64,000 nucleotides of DNA from an uncultured Actinomycetes bacterium. GTDB taxonomy: Bacteria; Actinomycetota; Acidimicrobiia; IMCC26256; PALSA-555. The stretch is from the NCBI GenBank assembly GCA_963731625.1, contig CAVSWH010000001.1, positions 200,570 to 264,569 of the forward strand. The letters run 5' to 3'. Below the pieces are notes generated by a model. That model worked only from the letters and a program-made list of their open reading frames with translations. It did not search any database and had not been told where the DNA came from. Shown here piece by piece: positions 1 to 8,535 of the stretch (positions are counted from its first letter, which is position 1; every line of letters begins with the position of its first letter). The position numbers and the translations under genes are program-made.

Positions 1-1721
1 ACCTCACGTCGACCGCCGCGGCCCGCTCGACCTCCCACCCCCTCGTCTACGCGATGACCCGCCTCCGCACGGTGCTCGCCCCGCCGAACACGACGAACGA
101 GGAACAGGCGCTGGTGCGGTCGTTCACCGTCCCGAGCGCACGCGACTTCGGGATCGTCGGCACGGCACGGCTCTCGCTCGACGCGCCCGACAACACCATG
201 GACGCGGCGCTCGGCCAGCCCGACGCGAGCAGCGGCGGCGTCACGGTCACCGCCTCGGAGCACATGACGACGACCGCCTCGGCGCGGGCGTCCTCGGCGA
301 TCGACGGTGACCCCACCACCGCGTGGAGCACCCAGGTCGGCGACACCGTCGGCCAGTGGCTCGACGTGCAGACGCCCCAACCGGTCACGTTCGACCACCT
401 GAACCTCCAGGTCGTCGCGGACGGGCGCCACTCGGTGCCGACCCAGGTGCGAATCGACGCCGGCGGCCAGAGCCGCACCGTCACCCTCCCCGCAGTCGCC
501 GACCAGGCGTCCCAGAACGCGGCGGTCCCCGCGCCGATCAGCTTCCCGGCGCTCACCGGCAACGACATCCGCGTGACGGTCACCGCGGTGCGCCCCGAGC
601 AGACGATCGAGTACTACTCGGACCTCCCGACCGACCTGCCGGTCGCGATCGCCGAGCTCGGGATCCCCGGCGTGGCGCGACCCGCGCTCCCCACCGACGT
701 GCCCTCGGCGTGTCGCAGCGACCTCGTCACCCTCGACGGCCGGCCGCTCCCCGTCCGCCTCGTCGGGACCACCGCGACCGCGGTGGCCGGCGGCCCGCTG
801 CAGGTGCAGGCCTGCAACCCCGACGGCGGCGCGCCGGCGCCGCTGCACCTCACCGTGGGCACGCACCTCCTGCGCGCCGTGCCCGGCACGACGACCGGGA
901 TCGATCTCGACGGGCTCGTCCTCGCCTCCGGCGCGGGTGGCGGCGCGGCGACGCTCACCGGGCCCGCGACGGCGCTCGCTGCGCCCGCGCCGGCGCCGCC
1001 CGCGCTGCACCTCACGTCGACCGGCCAGACCACCGTCCACGGCACCGTGCAGGGCGCGCACGGCCCCTTCTGGCTGGTGCTCGGCCAGAGCTTCAACAGC
1101 GGCTGGCACGCCGTGGTGAACGGCCACGATCTCGGCGCCCCCCAGCTCGTCGACGGGATGTCGAACGGCTGGCTCGTGCACCCGGGCCACGCCACGACGC
1201 TCGGCGTCACCCTGAAGTGGACCCCCCAGAACCGCGTCTGGGTCGCGCTGGCGATCTCGGGGCTCGCGATGCTCCTCTGCGCCCTGCTCGCCCTGTGGCC
1301 GCGTCGGCGGGTCGCCGTCGCGACGGTCGACAATCCCGACGGACCGGTCGAGCTCGCGTCGCCGTTCATCGCCGCCGGGTTCACCCCGACCCGGCGCGCC
1401 ATCGTCTCGACGACCGCGGCCGTCACCCTCGTCGCCGGGCTCATCGTGAACCCGCTCGTCGGAATCCTCGCGGGCGCCCTGACCGTCGGGGTGCTGCTGC
1501 GCCCGCGGCTGCGCTGGACCCTCACGGTCGGCGCGCCGGCCGCGCTCGCCGTCGCCGGCGGCTACGTCTTCATCCAGCAGTGGCGCTACATGTACCCGTC
1601 CATCTTCACGTGGCCGACGTTCTTCGACAGCGTCCACGTCATCGGCTGGCTGGCCGTCATCCTCCTGTCCGTCGACGCGCTGGTCGAGTTCGTGCGCACC
1701 CGCCACCGGACGGACACCTGA
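1..1721 (+). CDS. C-terminal part of a large membrane glycosyltransferase of the AftD/DUF3367 (arabinofuranosyltransferase-like) type with a discoidin (F5/8 type C) module. The 5' end lies outside the window.
   Basis: The frame of ORF 54..1721 stays open back to base 3, so the gene is cut by the window edge. It has a discoidin-like stretch (AIDGDPTTAWSTQVGDTVGQWLDV), an Ala/Pro linker, and then several hydrophobic helices (WVALAISGLAMLLCALLALW, AVTLVAGLIVNPLVGILAGALTVGVLL, GWLAVILLSVDALV). The family assignment is from memory of this architecture. Confidence 0.55.
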   Translation, partial: LTSTAAARSTSHPLVYAMTRLRTVLAPPNTTNEEQALVRSFTVPSARDFGIVGTARLSLDAPDNTMDAALGQPDASSGGVTVTASEHMTTTASARASSAIDGDPTTAWSTQVGDTVGQWLDVQTPQPVTFDHLNLQVVADGRHSVPTQVRIDAGGQSRTVTLPAVADQASQNAAVPAPISFPALTGNDIRVTVTAVRPEQTIEYYSDLPTDLPVAIAELGIPGVARPALPTDVPSACRSDLVTLDGRPLPVRLVGTTATAVAGGPLQVQACNPDGGAPAPLHLTVGTHLLRAVPGTTTGIDLDGLVLASGAGGGAATLTGPATALAAPAPAPPALHLTSTGQTTVHGTVQGAHGPFWLVLGQSFNSGWHAVVNGHDLGAPQLVDGMSNGWLVHPGHATTLGVTLKWTPQNRVWVALAISGLAMLLCALLALWPRRRVAVATVDNPDGPVELASPFIAAGFTPTRRAIVSTTAAVTLVAGLIVNPLVGILAGALTVGVLLRPRLRWTLTVGAPAALAVAGGYVFIQQWRYMYPSIFTWPTFFDSVHVIGWLAVILLSVDALVEFVRTRHRTDT

Positions 1722-1769
1722 CGCGACGACGCCAAACCGACGCGCGCGAGGTGGCAGACGCCGCGTGCC

Positions 1770-2534
1770 GTGCGCGACACTGTCGGCCGCCTCGACCGCA
1801 CCGGAGGGTCGGTGTCACCGCCTGACATCCCCGGGACCGCCCCCCGGTATCGCTCGCTCTCGGTCATCGTGCCCGTCTACAACGAGCGCAACACCGTCGC
1901 GGAGATCGTGCGCCGGATGCGGGCCGTCGAGCTCCCCCTCGAGCGTGAGATCGTTGTCGTCGACGACGGCAGCACCGACGGGACGCGCCAGGTCCTCTCC
2001 CAGCTCGCCGACTCGACGGTCCACGTCGTGCTCCACGAGCGCAACCAGGGCAAGGGCGCAGCCGTGCGCACCGGGCTCGCCCAGGTCACCGGCGACCTCG
2101 TGCTCATCCAGGACGCCGACCTCGAGTACGACCCCGACGACTGGCCGAAGCTGCTGGCGCCGGCGATGAAGGGCCGGGCCCGCGTCGTCTACGGCTCGCG
2201 CTTTACCGGCGAGCGGCGCAACATGCTGTTCGTCCACTGGGTCGGGAACCGGTTCCTGTCGCTCGTGACGAACGTGCTCTACAACACCACGCTCTCCGAC
2301 ATGGAGACCTGCTACAAGCTGTTCGAGCGCGACGTGATCCAGCGCCTCCGGCTGCGCGCCAAGCGCTTCGACTTCGAGCCTGAGGTCACCGCGAAGGTGC
2401 TGCGCCAGGGCATCCGCATCTACGAGGTCCCGATCTCGTACTCGGGCCGCGAGTTCGACGAGGGCAAGAAGATCACCTGGCACGACGGGTTCGCTGCGCT
2501 GTGGACCCTCGTGAAGTACCGCTTCGTCGACTGA
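1770..2534 (+). CDS. Family 2 glycosyltransferase (dolichyl-/polyprenyl-phosphate sugar transferase-like)
   Basis: GT-A signatures are present: SVIVPVYNERNTVAEIV, VVVDDGSTDGT and IQDADLEYDP (DXD). The start is uncertain: GTG 1770, or GTG 1812 with GGAGGG just upstream. Confidence 0.9.
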   Translation: MRDTVGRLDRTGGSVSPPDIPGTAPRYRSLSVIVPVYNERNTVAEIVRRMRAVELPLEREIVVVDDGSTDGTRQVLSQLADSTVHVVLHERNQGKGAAVRTGLAQVTGDLVLIQDADLEYDPDDWPKLLAPAMKGRARVVYGSRFTGERRNMLFVHWVGNRFLSLVTNVLYNTTLSDMETCYKLFERDVIQRLRLRAKRFDFEPEVTAKVLRQGIRIYEVPISYSGREFDEGKKITWHDGFAALWTLVKYRFVD

Positions 2535-2535
2535 C

Positions 2536-4488
2536 CTACGGGGCCGCGGTCGCGAGCTGGTCGAGCCGCGGGCCGAGCCACCGGACAACGAGCTCGGCGG
2601 CCGGCCCCTCGTAGTGCATGTCGTCCTCGCGCAGCGTGATCCCGTCGATGCTGGTCTGGCACTGGTTCGCCGGGCACACCAGATCGCGGAAGTCGACGAG
2701 GTAGACGTTGTGCATCGAGAGCGCGGCGCGGATCTCGTCGGCGCGCAGGCAGTTCATGTGCACCTCGTAGGTGACGTCGTAGGTCGGGGCGGGCAGCGCG
2801 ACCGCGACGCGCGCGCCGGCCGCGGTGAGCTCCCGGAGCCCGGCGGCGACCTGGGCCTCGTACCAGGCGTCGTAGCTCGGCTCGCACGGGTGCACCCACT
2901 GCCCGTTCAGCAGCCAGTCGCCGACGACTTGCCCGGCGAGGGACACGAACACGACGTCGGGGTGGTCGTGGGCGATCTCGTCGACCCAGTGCGCCGCGCA
3001 GTTGGGCGACGAGGTGGCCGTGGAGCCGTCCGGCAGCCGGTGCGCGCCCGAGCCGGCCTCGAGGCCGCAGCCCACGGTCGTCTGGTCGGTCACCGTGTAG
3101 CCGTAGGTCGCCTGCAGGTCCGTGAACGCCGGCATGAGCCGGAACGCGATCGAGTCGCCCGTCACCATCAGGTGGAACGGTGGGTTCGGGACGGTGCTCG
3201 TCGTCGTCGTCACGTCGGTGGCGGTCGGGTGGGCGAGCGCGGTCAGGTGGCGCAGCGCCGCGGCCGGGTTCGTGCGGGGCGGCGTGGGCGGGACGGTCGC
3301 GACGACCACGGCGGCCGCCGTGAGCCCCACCGCGACCGGGGTGAGCGTGCGGATGCGCCACCCGCGCAGCGCCCCGTGGCGGATCGGCTGCTCGACGAGC
3401 CGGTAGCTCGCGAGCGCGACGGCGAGCGTGATCGCCACCTGCACGCCGGTCAGCGCCCAGCCGCTCACGCCGACGCGCGCCGGGGTGACCACGAGGTCGA
3501 CGGGCCAGTGCCACAGGTAGACGCCGTAGGAGATGAGCCCAAGCGCGCAGAGCGGTCGCCACGAGAACAGCCAGGCGATCGGGCCGCGGCGGGGGTGCGC
3601 CGCCGCGGCGATGACGAGCGCGGCCGCGGCCGAGCAGGCGAGCAGCAAGCCCTCGTACACCGCCGGGGTGCTGCCCGAGAGCCGCCACCACGCCCAGGCG
3701 AGGAAGCCGAGCGCGATGACGCCCCCGGCCTCGAGCCCGACACGGGTCACGCGGCGGGGCGTCCAGCCCCGGTCGGCGATCAGCGCGGCGAGCGCCGCGC
3801 CGAGCAGGATCGACGAGGCGCGGGTGTCCGTGCCCATGTACACGCGCTGGGGGTCCGCGCCCGGTGTGTAGAGCAGCAGCATCGTCGCGAACGACGCCGC
3901 CGCGCCGACGAGCGCCGCGACGAGCACGCCGCGCACCGACCGACGCCACGCGAGCACAGCGACGACGACGAGCGGCCACAGCAGGTAGAACTGCTCCTCG
4001 ATCGCCAGGCTCCACGTGTGCTCCAAGGGCGACGGCGCGCGGAACAGATCCCAGTACGAGGTGCCGTGGGCGATCTGGTGCCAGTTCGCCACGTAGCCGA
4101 GGGTCGCCAGCCCGTCGGCGCGGATCTGGCTGAGCTCGGACGGCGCCGCGAACACCAGCGCGTACACGCCGACGCCGAGGAGCATCAGCAGCAGCGCCGG
4201 CAGGAGGCGACGCGCCCGTCGCGCCCAGAACGCACCGAGCCGGATCCCGCCGTGCGCGGCCCGCTCCTCGAGCAGCAGGGACGTGATGAGAAAGCCCGAC
4301 AGGACGAAGAAGAGGTCGACGCCGAGCCAGCCGCCGACGAGGTGCCCGGCGTGGAACAGCACGACGGCCGCCACCGCGGCGCCGCGGAGCCCGTCGAGCG
4401 CCCGGACGTGACGGCGCGGCCCGGGGACCCCGCCCTCGGGACGGGGCGCGGCACTCGTTGCTGTGGCCCGCGACACCGACTCCCCCAC
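2536..4488 (-). CDS. Acyltransferase family 3 (OafA/YrhL-like) membrane O-acyltransferase fused to a C-terminal SGNH/GDSL domain
   Basis: The N-terminus carries LDGLRGAAVAAVVLFHAGH and about 10 hydrophobic helices. The C-terminal soluble domain has the block-I motif MVTGDSIAF. It is convergent with the GT2 gene, with a 1-nt gap. Confidence 0.88.
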   Translation of the reverse strand: MGESVSRATATSAAPRPEGGVPGPRRHVRALDGLRGAAVAAVVLFHAGHLVGGWLGVDLFFVLSGFLITSLLLEERAAHGGIRLGAFWARRARRLLPALLLMLLGVGVYALVFAAPSELSQIRADGLATLGYVANWHQIAHGTSYWDLFRAPSPLEHTWSLAIEEQFYLLWPLVVVAVLAWRRSVRGVLVAALVGAAASFATMLLLYTPGADPQRVYMGTDTRASSILLGAALAALIADRGWTPRRVTRVGLEAGGVIALGFLAWAWWRLSGSTPAVYEGLLLACSAAAALVIAAAAHPRRGPIAWLFSWRPLCALGLISYGVYLWHWPVDLVVTPARVGVSGWALTGVQVAITLAVALASYRLVEQPIRHGALRGWRIRTLTPVAVGLTAAAVVVATVPPTPPRTNPAAALRHLTALAHPTATDVTTTTSTVPNPPFHLMVTGDSIAFRLMPAFTDLQATYGYTVTDQTTVGCGLEAGSGAHRLPDGSTATSSPNCAAHWVDEIAHDHPDVVFVSLAGQVVGDWLLNGQWVHPCEPSYDAWYEAQVAAGLRELTAAGARVAVALPAPTYDVTYEVHMNCLRADEIRAALSMHNVYLVDFRDLVCPANQCQTSIDGITLREDDMHYEGPAAELVVRWLGPRLDQLATAAP

Positions 4489-4646
4489 GAACGACGCCCG
4501 TCCCCCGCTTGAGGGGGGACAACGACGGGCAGCGCCCCAAAATTACAGCACGCCCGCCGCGGCGCTCCCAGGATTGCCCGAGCCGGTGCCGGGCGACACG
4601 CCGGGTCACGGGCCCGTGGACAGGGGCGCCGATAGGCTCGGGCGCC

Positions 4647-4973
4647 GTGCTGTGGTTCGAGCGCCAGGTCGTGACCCACCTCATCCGACCGGACCTCGAC
4701 GAGCGGGGGCGGGCCGACGTCGAGGACTACGTCGACAGCGCGCTGCGCGTCATGCCGCCGCACCTGCGGGCCGGCGTGGCCGCCGAATCGCTCGCGTTCG
4801 GCGCGTGGCCGTCCCTCCAGCGCGCGCTCGGGCACCTCGACCCCGCCACCGTCGACCGCGCGGTAGAGCGCTGCCGGACGAGTCGCATCGACGTGGTCCG
4901 CCAGTACGTCCGGCTGCTCGAGTCGCTCGTGCTCTTCGCCGAGAACGAGCTCGTTCCGGAGCCGGTCCCGTGA
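4647..4973 (+). CDS. Small hypothetical protein (108 aa) translationally coupled to the GMC oxidoreductase
   Basis: An in-frame GTG at 4647 gives VLWFERQVVTHLIRPDLDERGRADVEDYV.... Its TGA overlaps the GTG start of the next gene (GTGA at 4970-4973). The longer 171-aa track ORF adds a Pro/Arg-rich stretch antisense to the acyltransferase gene. No motif was recognised. Confidence 0.5.
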   Translation: MLWFERQVVTHLIRPDLDERGRADVEDYVDSALRVMPPHLRAGVAAESLAFGAWPSLQRALGHLDPATVDRAVERCRTSRIDVVRQYVRLLESLVLFAENELVPEPVP

Positions 4974-6397
4974 CCACCCTCGACACCGAAGTCCTGATCA
5001 TCGGGTCCGGCGCGGGCGGCGCCGTGACCGCCTCGGCGCTCGCCGCGGCGGGCAAGGACGTGACGATCGTCGAGGAGGGGCCGGCGGTCGACCCGGACGT
5101 GCACGAGCCCTTCTCGCTCGAGGAGATGGTCGCCAAGTACCGGCACCGGGGCCTCTCCGCGGCCCTCGGCTCGCCGGGCATCGCCTACGCCGAGGGGCGC
5201 TGCGTCGGCGGCAGCACCGAGATCAACAGCGGCCTGTACCACCGGCTCCCGAACGAGCTCGCCGAGGAGTGGCGGGCCCGGTACCGCATCGACGAGTTCT
5301 CGCCGGCGATCCTCGACCGCTACGCGGAGGCGATGGAGCGGGAGCTGTCGGTGTCGAAGCTCGCCGGGGCGCCCCCGCCGGCGTCCGCGGTGCTCGAGCG
5401 GGGCGCGACGAAGCTCGGGTGGCGGGCCGTGGAGTTCCCGCGGGTGTTCCGCCACGACGACGGCCTCCACCGCGGCGTGAAGCAGACGATGGCCCGCACG
5501 CTCATCCCCCGCGCGCAGGCCGACGGTGCTCGGCTCATCCCCGACTGCCGCGTCGGCCGGCTCGTCACCCACGCCGGCCGGGTCGTCGAGGTCACGGCCC
5601 GCCGCCGCCACGCCGGGCAGCGCGACGAGCCGCTGTCCATCCGCGCCGACGACGTCTTCGTGTGCGGCGGCGCCATCCAGACGCCTGCGCTCCTCCAGCG
5701 CAGCGGCATCCGGCACCGCATCGGCAACGGGCTCAAGCTGCACCCGACGATCAAGATCGCGGCGCGCTTCCCCCATCGCCTGAACCACGACGAGGTGCCC
5801 ATGCACCGCGTCACCGAGTTCGCGCCGAACCTCACGATCGGCGGCTCGGCGAGCAGCCGCGGCCACGTCGCGCTGGCCCTCGCCGACTCGTCGGCCGACT
5901 ACCGCGAGGCGCTGGCCGACTGGGAGCGCGTGACCGTCTACTACGCGGCGATCCGCAGCGACGGCGAGGGGCGCGTGCTCGCCGTCCCGGGCCTCCCCTA
6001 CCCGATCGTCACCTATCGGCTCACCGAATCCGACATGAGCCGCCTGGCGCGCGGGCTCGTGCACCTCGGTGAGGTCCTCCTCGCCGCCGGTGCCGAGGAG
6101 CTCTATCCCTCGGTCGGGGGCGCCCCGGTCGTCCGCCGCACCGACGAGCTCGGCGCGTGGTGGGACTCGGTCACGCGGTCCCGCACGAACCTGATGACGG
6201 TCCACCTCACGTCGACCGTGCGCATCGGCGAGGACCGCAACCTGACCGGCACCGACAGCTTCGGGCAGGTGTGGGGCTACGAGAACCTGCGCGTGAACGA
6301 CGCATCGCTGCTCCCCGACGCGCCCGGCGTGAACCCCCAGGCGGCGATCATGGCGATCGCCAGCCGCAACGCCGACCAGTACCTCACGGCGCGCTGA
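4970..6397 (+). CDS. GMC-family FAD-dependent oxidoreductase
   Basis: It has an N-terminal dinucleotide fold (VLIIGSGAGGAVTASALAAAGKDVTIVEEG) and a C-terminal GMC-like region (NLRVNDASLLPDAPGVNPQAAIMAIA). The part of track ORF 4463..6397 upstream of 4970 is an Arg/Pro-rich shadow frame. Confidence 0.85.
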   Translation: MTTLDTEVLIIGSGAGGAVTASALAAAGKDVTIVEEGPAVDPDVHEPFSLEEMVAKYRHRGLSAALGSPGIAYAEGRCVGGSTEINSGLYHRLPNELAEEWRARYRIDEFSPAILDRYAEAMERELSVSKLAGAPPPASAVLERGATKLGWRAVEFPRVFRHDDGLHRGVKQTMARTLIPRAQADGARLIPDCRVGRLVTHAGRVVEVTARRRHAGQRDEPLSIRADDVFVCGGAIQTPALLQRSGIRHRIGNGLKLHPTIKIAARFPHRLNHDEVPMHRVTEFAPNLTIGGSASSRGHVALALADSSADYREALADWERVTVYYAAIRSDGEGRVLAVPGLPYPIVTYRLTESDMSRLARGLVHLGEVLLAAGAEELYPSVGGAPVVRRTDELGAWWDSVTRSRTNLMTVHLTSTVRIGEDRNLTGTDSFGQVWGYENLRVNDASLLPDAPGVNPQAAIMAIASRNADQYLTAR

Positions 6398-6405
6398 CAC
6401 GCCCT

Positions 6406-7434
6406 TCAGGGCAGGCGCTTGAGGAGCCGGAGCAGCCCGAGGCGCGCCGGCGACTGATGGCGCGAGCCACCGGACCCGGCCAGCTCGTCGCGGTGGGCGA
6501 GGAACCAGTCGTAGGACTCGTTCAGCATCGAGATGTTCGAGTGCTCGGCACGCCAGCCGAGCTCGTCTTCGGCCCGGCTGATGTCGAACCAGAGCGACTC
6601 GCTGTACAGCAGCCAGTGGTACGGCGCGAACGGGGCGAGGCCCAGGCGGGCGAGCGCCTGCATCGCGGCGCGGGCGGGCGCGACGGGCAGCGAGCGGACG
6701 TGCGAGCCCGTGCCGGCGTGGTCCACGAGGGCCTGGAGGGTCTCGCGCATCGTCCCGAACTCGGCCGCGCCGACGTCATAGACCGCAGCGCCGGGGCGGT
6801 CGCCGGCGCGGAGGCACGCGTCGGCGAGGTCGTTGGCGTGCACGAACTGGTAGCGGTTCGTGCCCTTCCCGAGCAGGTAGACGGGCGCGCCGTCGGCGAC
6901 GAAGTCGAACAGTACGGCCATGATCCCGAGCCGGCCGTGGCCCATGATCGTCCGCGGCCGGATGATCGTGATGTCCTGGCCGGCCGCGACGGCCTCCTCG
7001 CAGAGGAGCTCGGCCTCGAGCTTGGCTCGGCCGTAGTCCTCGAGCGGATGGCGCGGGGAGTCCTCCCGCACCGGGTTGGATTCGGGGATCCCGAACACTG
7101 CGCTCGACGACGTGTGCACCACCTTCGCCACGCCAGCATCGCGCGCCGCGACGAGCAGGTTCGCGGTCCCGACGACGTTCACCGAGTGGAACAGCCGGCG
7201 GTCCTTCGCCAGGGGGACCTGGGCGACATTGTGGAACACGATGTCCACTCCCTCGCACGCGCCGCGCAGTGCCTCGCGGTCGCGCACGTCCCCGGGCGTG
7301 AACTCGACGATGTCCGGGCGGGCGGGCGACGCGAGGTCGAAGACGCGCACGATGTCCCCGCGCGCGTGCGCCAGGTCGACCAGGACCGACCCGAAGTAGC
7401 CCGAGCCGCCGGTGACGAGGACGCGCCACGTCAC
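6406..7434 (-). CDS. NAD-dependent epimerase/dehydratase (extended SDR)
   Basis: It has the Rossmann motif VLVTGGSGYFG and YxxxK (YGRAKLEAE). The GTG at 7434 overlaps the stop of the upstream epimerase gene (GTGA). Confidence 0.88.
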   Translation of the reverse strand: MTWRVLVTGGSGYFGSVLVDLAHARGDIVRVFDLASPARPDIVEFTPGDVRDREALRGACEGVDIVFHNVAQVPLAKDRRLFHSVNVVGTANLLVAARDAGVAKVVHTSSSAVFGIPESNPVREDSPRHPLEDYGRAKLEAELLCEEAVAAGQDITIIRPRTIMGHGRLGIMAVLFDFVADGAPVYLLGKGTNRYQFVHANDLADACLRAGDRPGAAVYDVGAAEFGTMRETLQALVDHAGTGSHVRSLPVAPARAAMQALARLGLAPFAPYHWLLYSESLWFDISRAEDELGWRAEHSNISMLNESYDWFLAHRDELAGSGGSRHQSPARLGLLRLLKRLP

Positions 7435-8489
7435 AGGCGCGCGCCGTGTTGGAGGCACCAGCGGACGCTCGTCCGCATCCCCTCGAGCAGGCCGACCGCG
7501 GGCTCGTAGCCGAGCTCGGCACGCGCCCGGCCGATGTCGCAGGCGATCGTGTCGCGCAGCTCACCGAGCACGTGGATCGCCTGGACGTAGCGGCCCTGGC
7601 TCTGGAGCACCTGGTCGACGCGGGCCGCGAACGCTGCGGCGCTGACCGGGAGATGCGGCTGGTGGGACGAGACGCGCAGGCCCTCGGCCTGGAGCGCGCT
7701 GCGCACCGTGGCGAGCACGGTGCGCAGCTCGACGGGCTCGGCGTCCGCGATCCAGTAGGCCCGGCCGGGCGCGGCGGCCGCGACCTCGGCGCGCAGCAGC
7801 CCGTCGACGAGGTTGCCGGTGTAGACGAGCGACCGGCGGTTCGTGCCGGGGCCCGGGATCGGGAAGCGGCCCCGCCGCACCGCGGCGAAGAAGCGCGTCT
7901 GGCGAGCGGGCTGGTACGGGCCGTAGAACCAGGGCGGGCGCACGATGACCGTGGCCAGGTCGCCGCGGTCGTGGCTGCGCTGCACCAGCAGCTCGGCCTC
8001 GTACTTCGACTGCCCGTACCCGAGATAGGGGTGGTACGGGGAGTCCTCGGTGAAGCGGTCGGTGCGCGTCGGGTTCGCCCCGAACGGCGAGTTCGACGAC
8101 ACGTGCACGAATTGGGTCGCGCCGGCCCGGCGGGCCCGGTCCAGCACGAGCTGGGTGCCGCCGACGTTCACGTCGAAGAGCTCGCGGGTGCCGTGCTCGG
8201 GATGGATCACGCCCGCGGCGTGGAACACGGTCGCCGCCCCGACCCCGTCGAAGAGGCGGTCCGCGGCCCCGGGGTCCCGCACGTCGCCGGCGATCGCCTC
8301 GACCGTCGGCGAGAGGTTCTCGAGGACGGCCGCCTCGTCGCCGCTGCGCACCAGGCATCGGACCCGCGTGCGGGTCCGCGCCAGGTTCCGGACGAGGTGC
8401 TGGCCCAGCCACCCGGCGCCGCCGGTGACGACGACGACCGGCGGCGGCGCGACGTCGGGGCCCACGCCGGGCACGCCCTCGAAGCTCAC
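7431..8489 (-). CDS. NAD-dependent epimerase/dehydratase (extended SDR)
   Basis: It has VVVVTGGAGWLGQHL and YGQSKYEAE (YxxxK). It is co-directional with and coupled to the gene at 6406..7434. Confidence 0.88.
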   Translation of the reverse strand: MSFEGVPGVGPDVAPPPVVVVTGGAGWLGQHLVRNLARTRTRVRCLVRSGDEAAVLENLSPTVEAIAGDVRDPGAADRLFDGVGAATVFHAAGVIHPEHGTRELFDVNVGGTQLVLDRARRAGATQFVHVSSNSPFGANPTRTDRFTEDSPYHPYLGYGQSKYEAELLVQRSHDRGDLATVIVRPPWFYGPYQPARQTRFFAAVRRGRFPIPGPGTNRRSLVYTGNLVDGLLRAEVAAAAPGRAYWIADAEPVELRTVLATVRSALQAEGLRVSSHQPHLPVSAAAFAARVDQVLQSQGRYVQAIHVLGELRDTIACDIGRARAELGYEPAVGLLEGMRTSVRWCLQHGARL

Positions 8490-8535
8490 GGGCCCTTCTT
8501 CTAGTCGAGATGGTCGCGGCGGCGGCCATCGTCGC

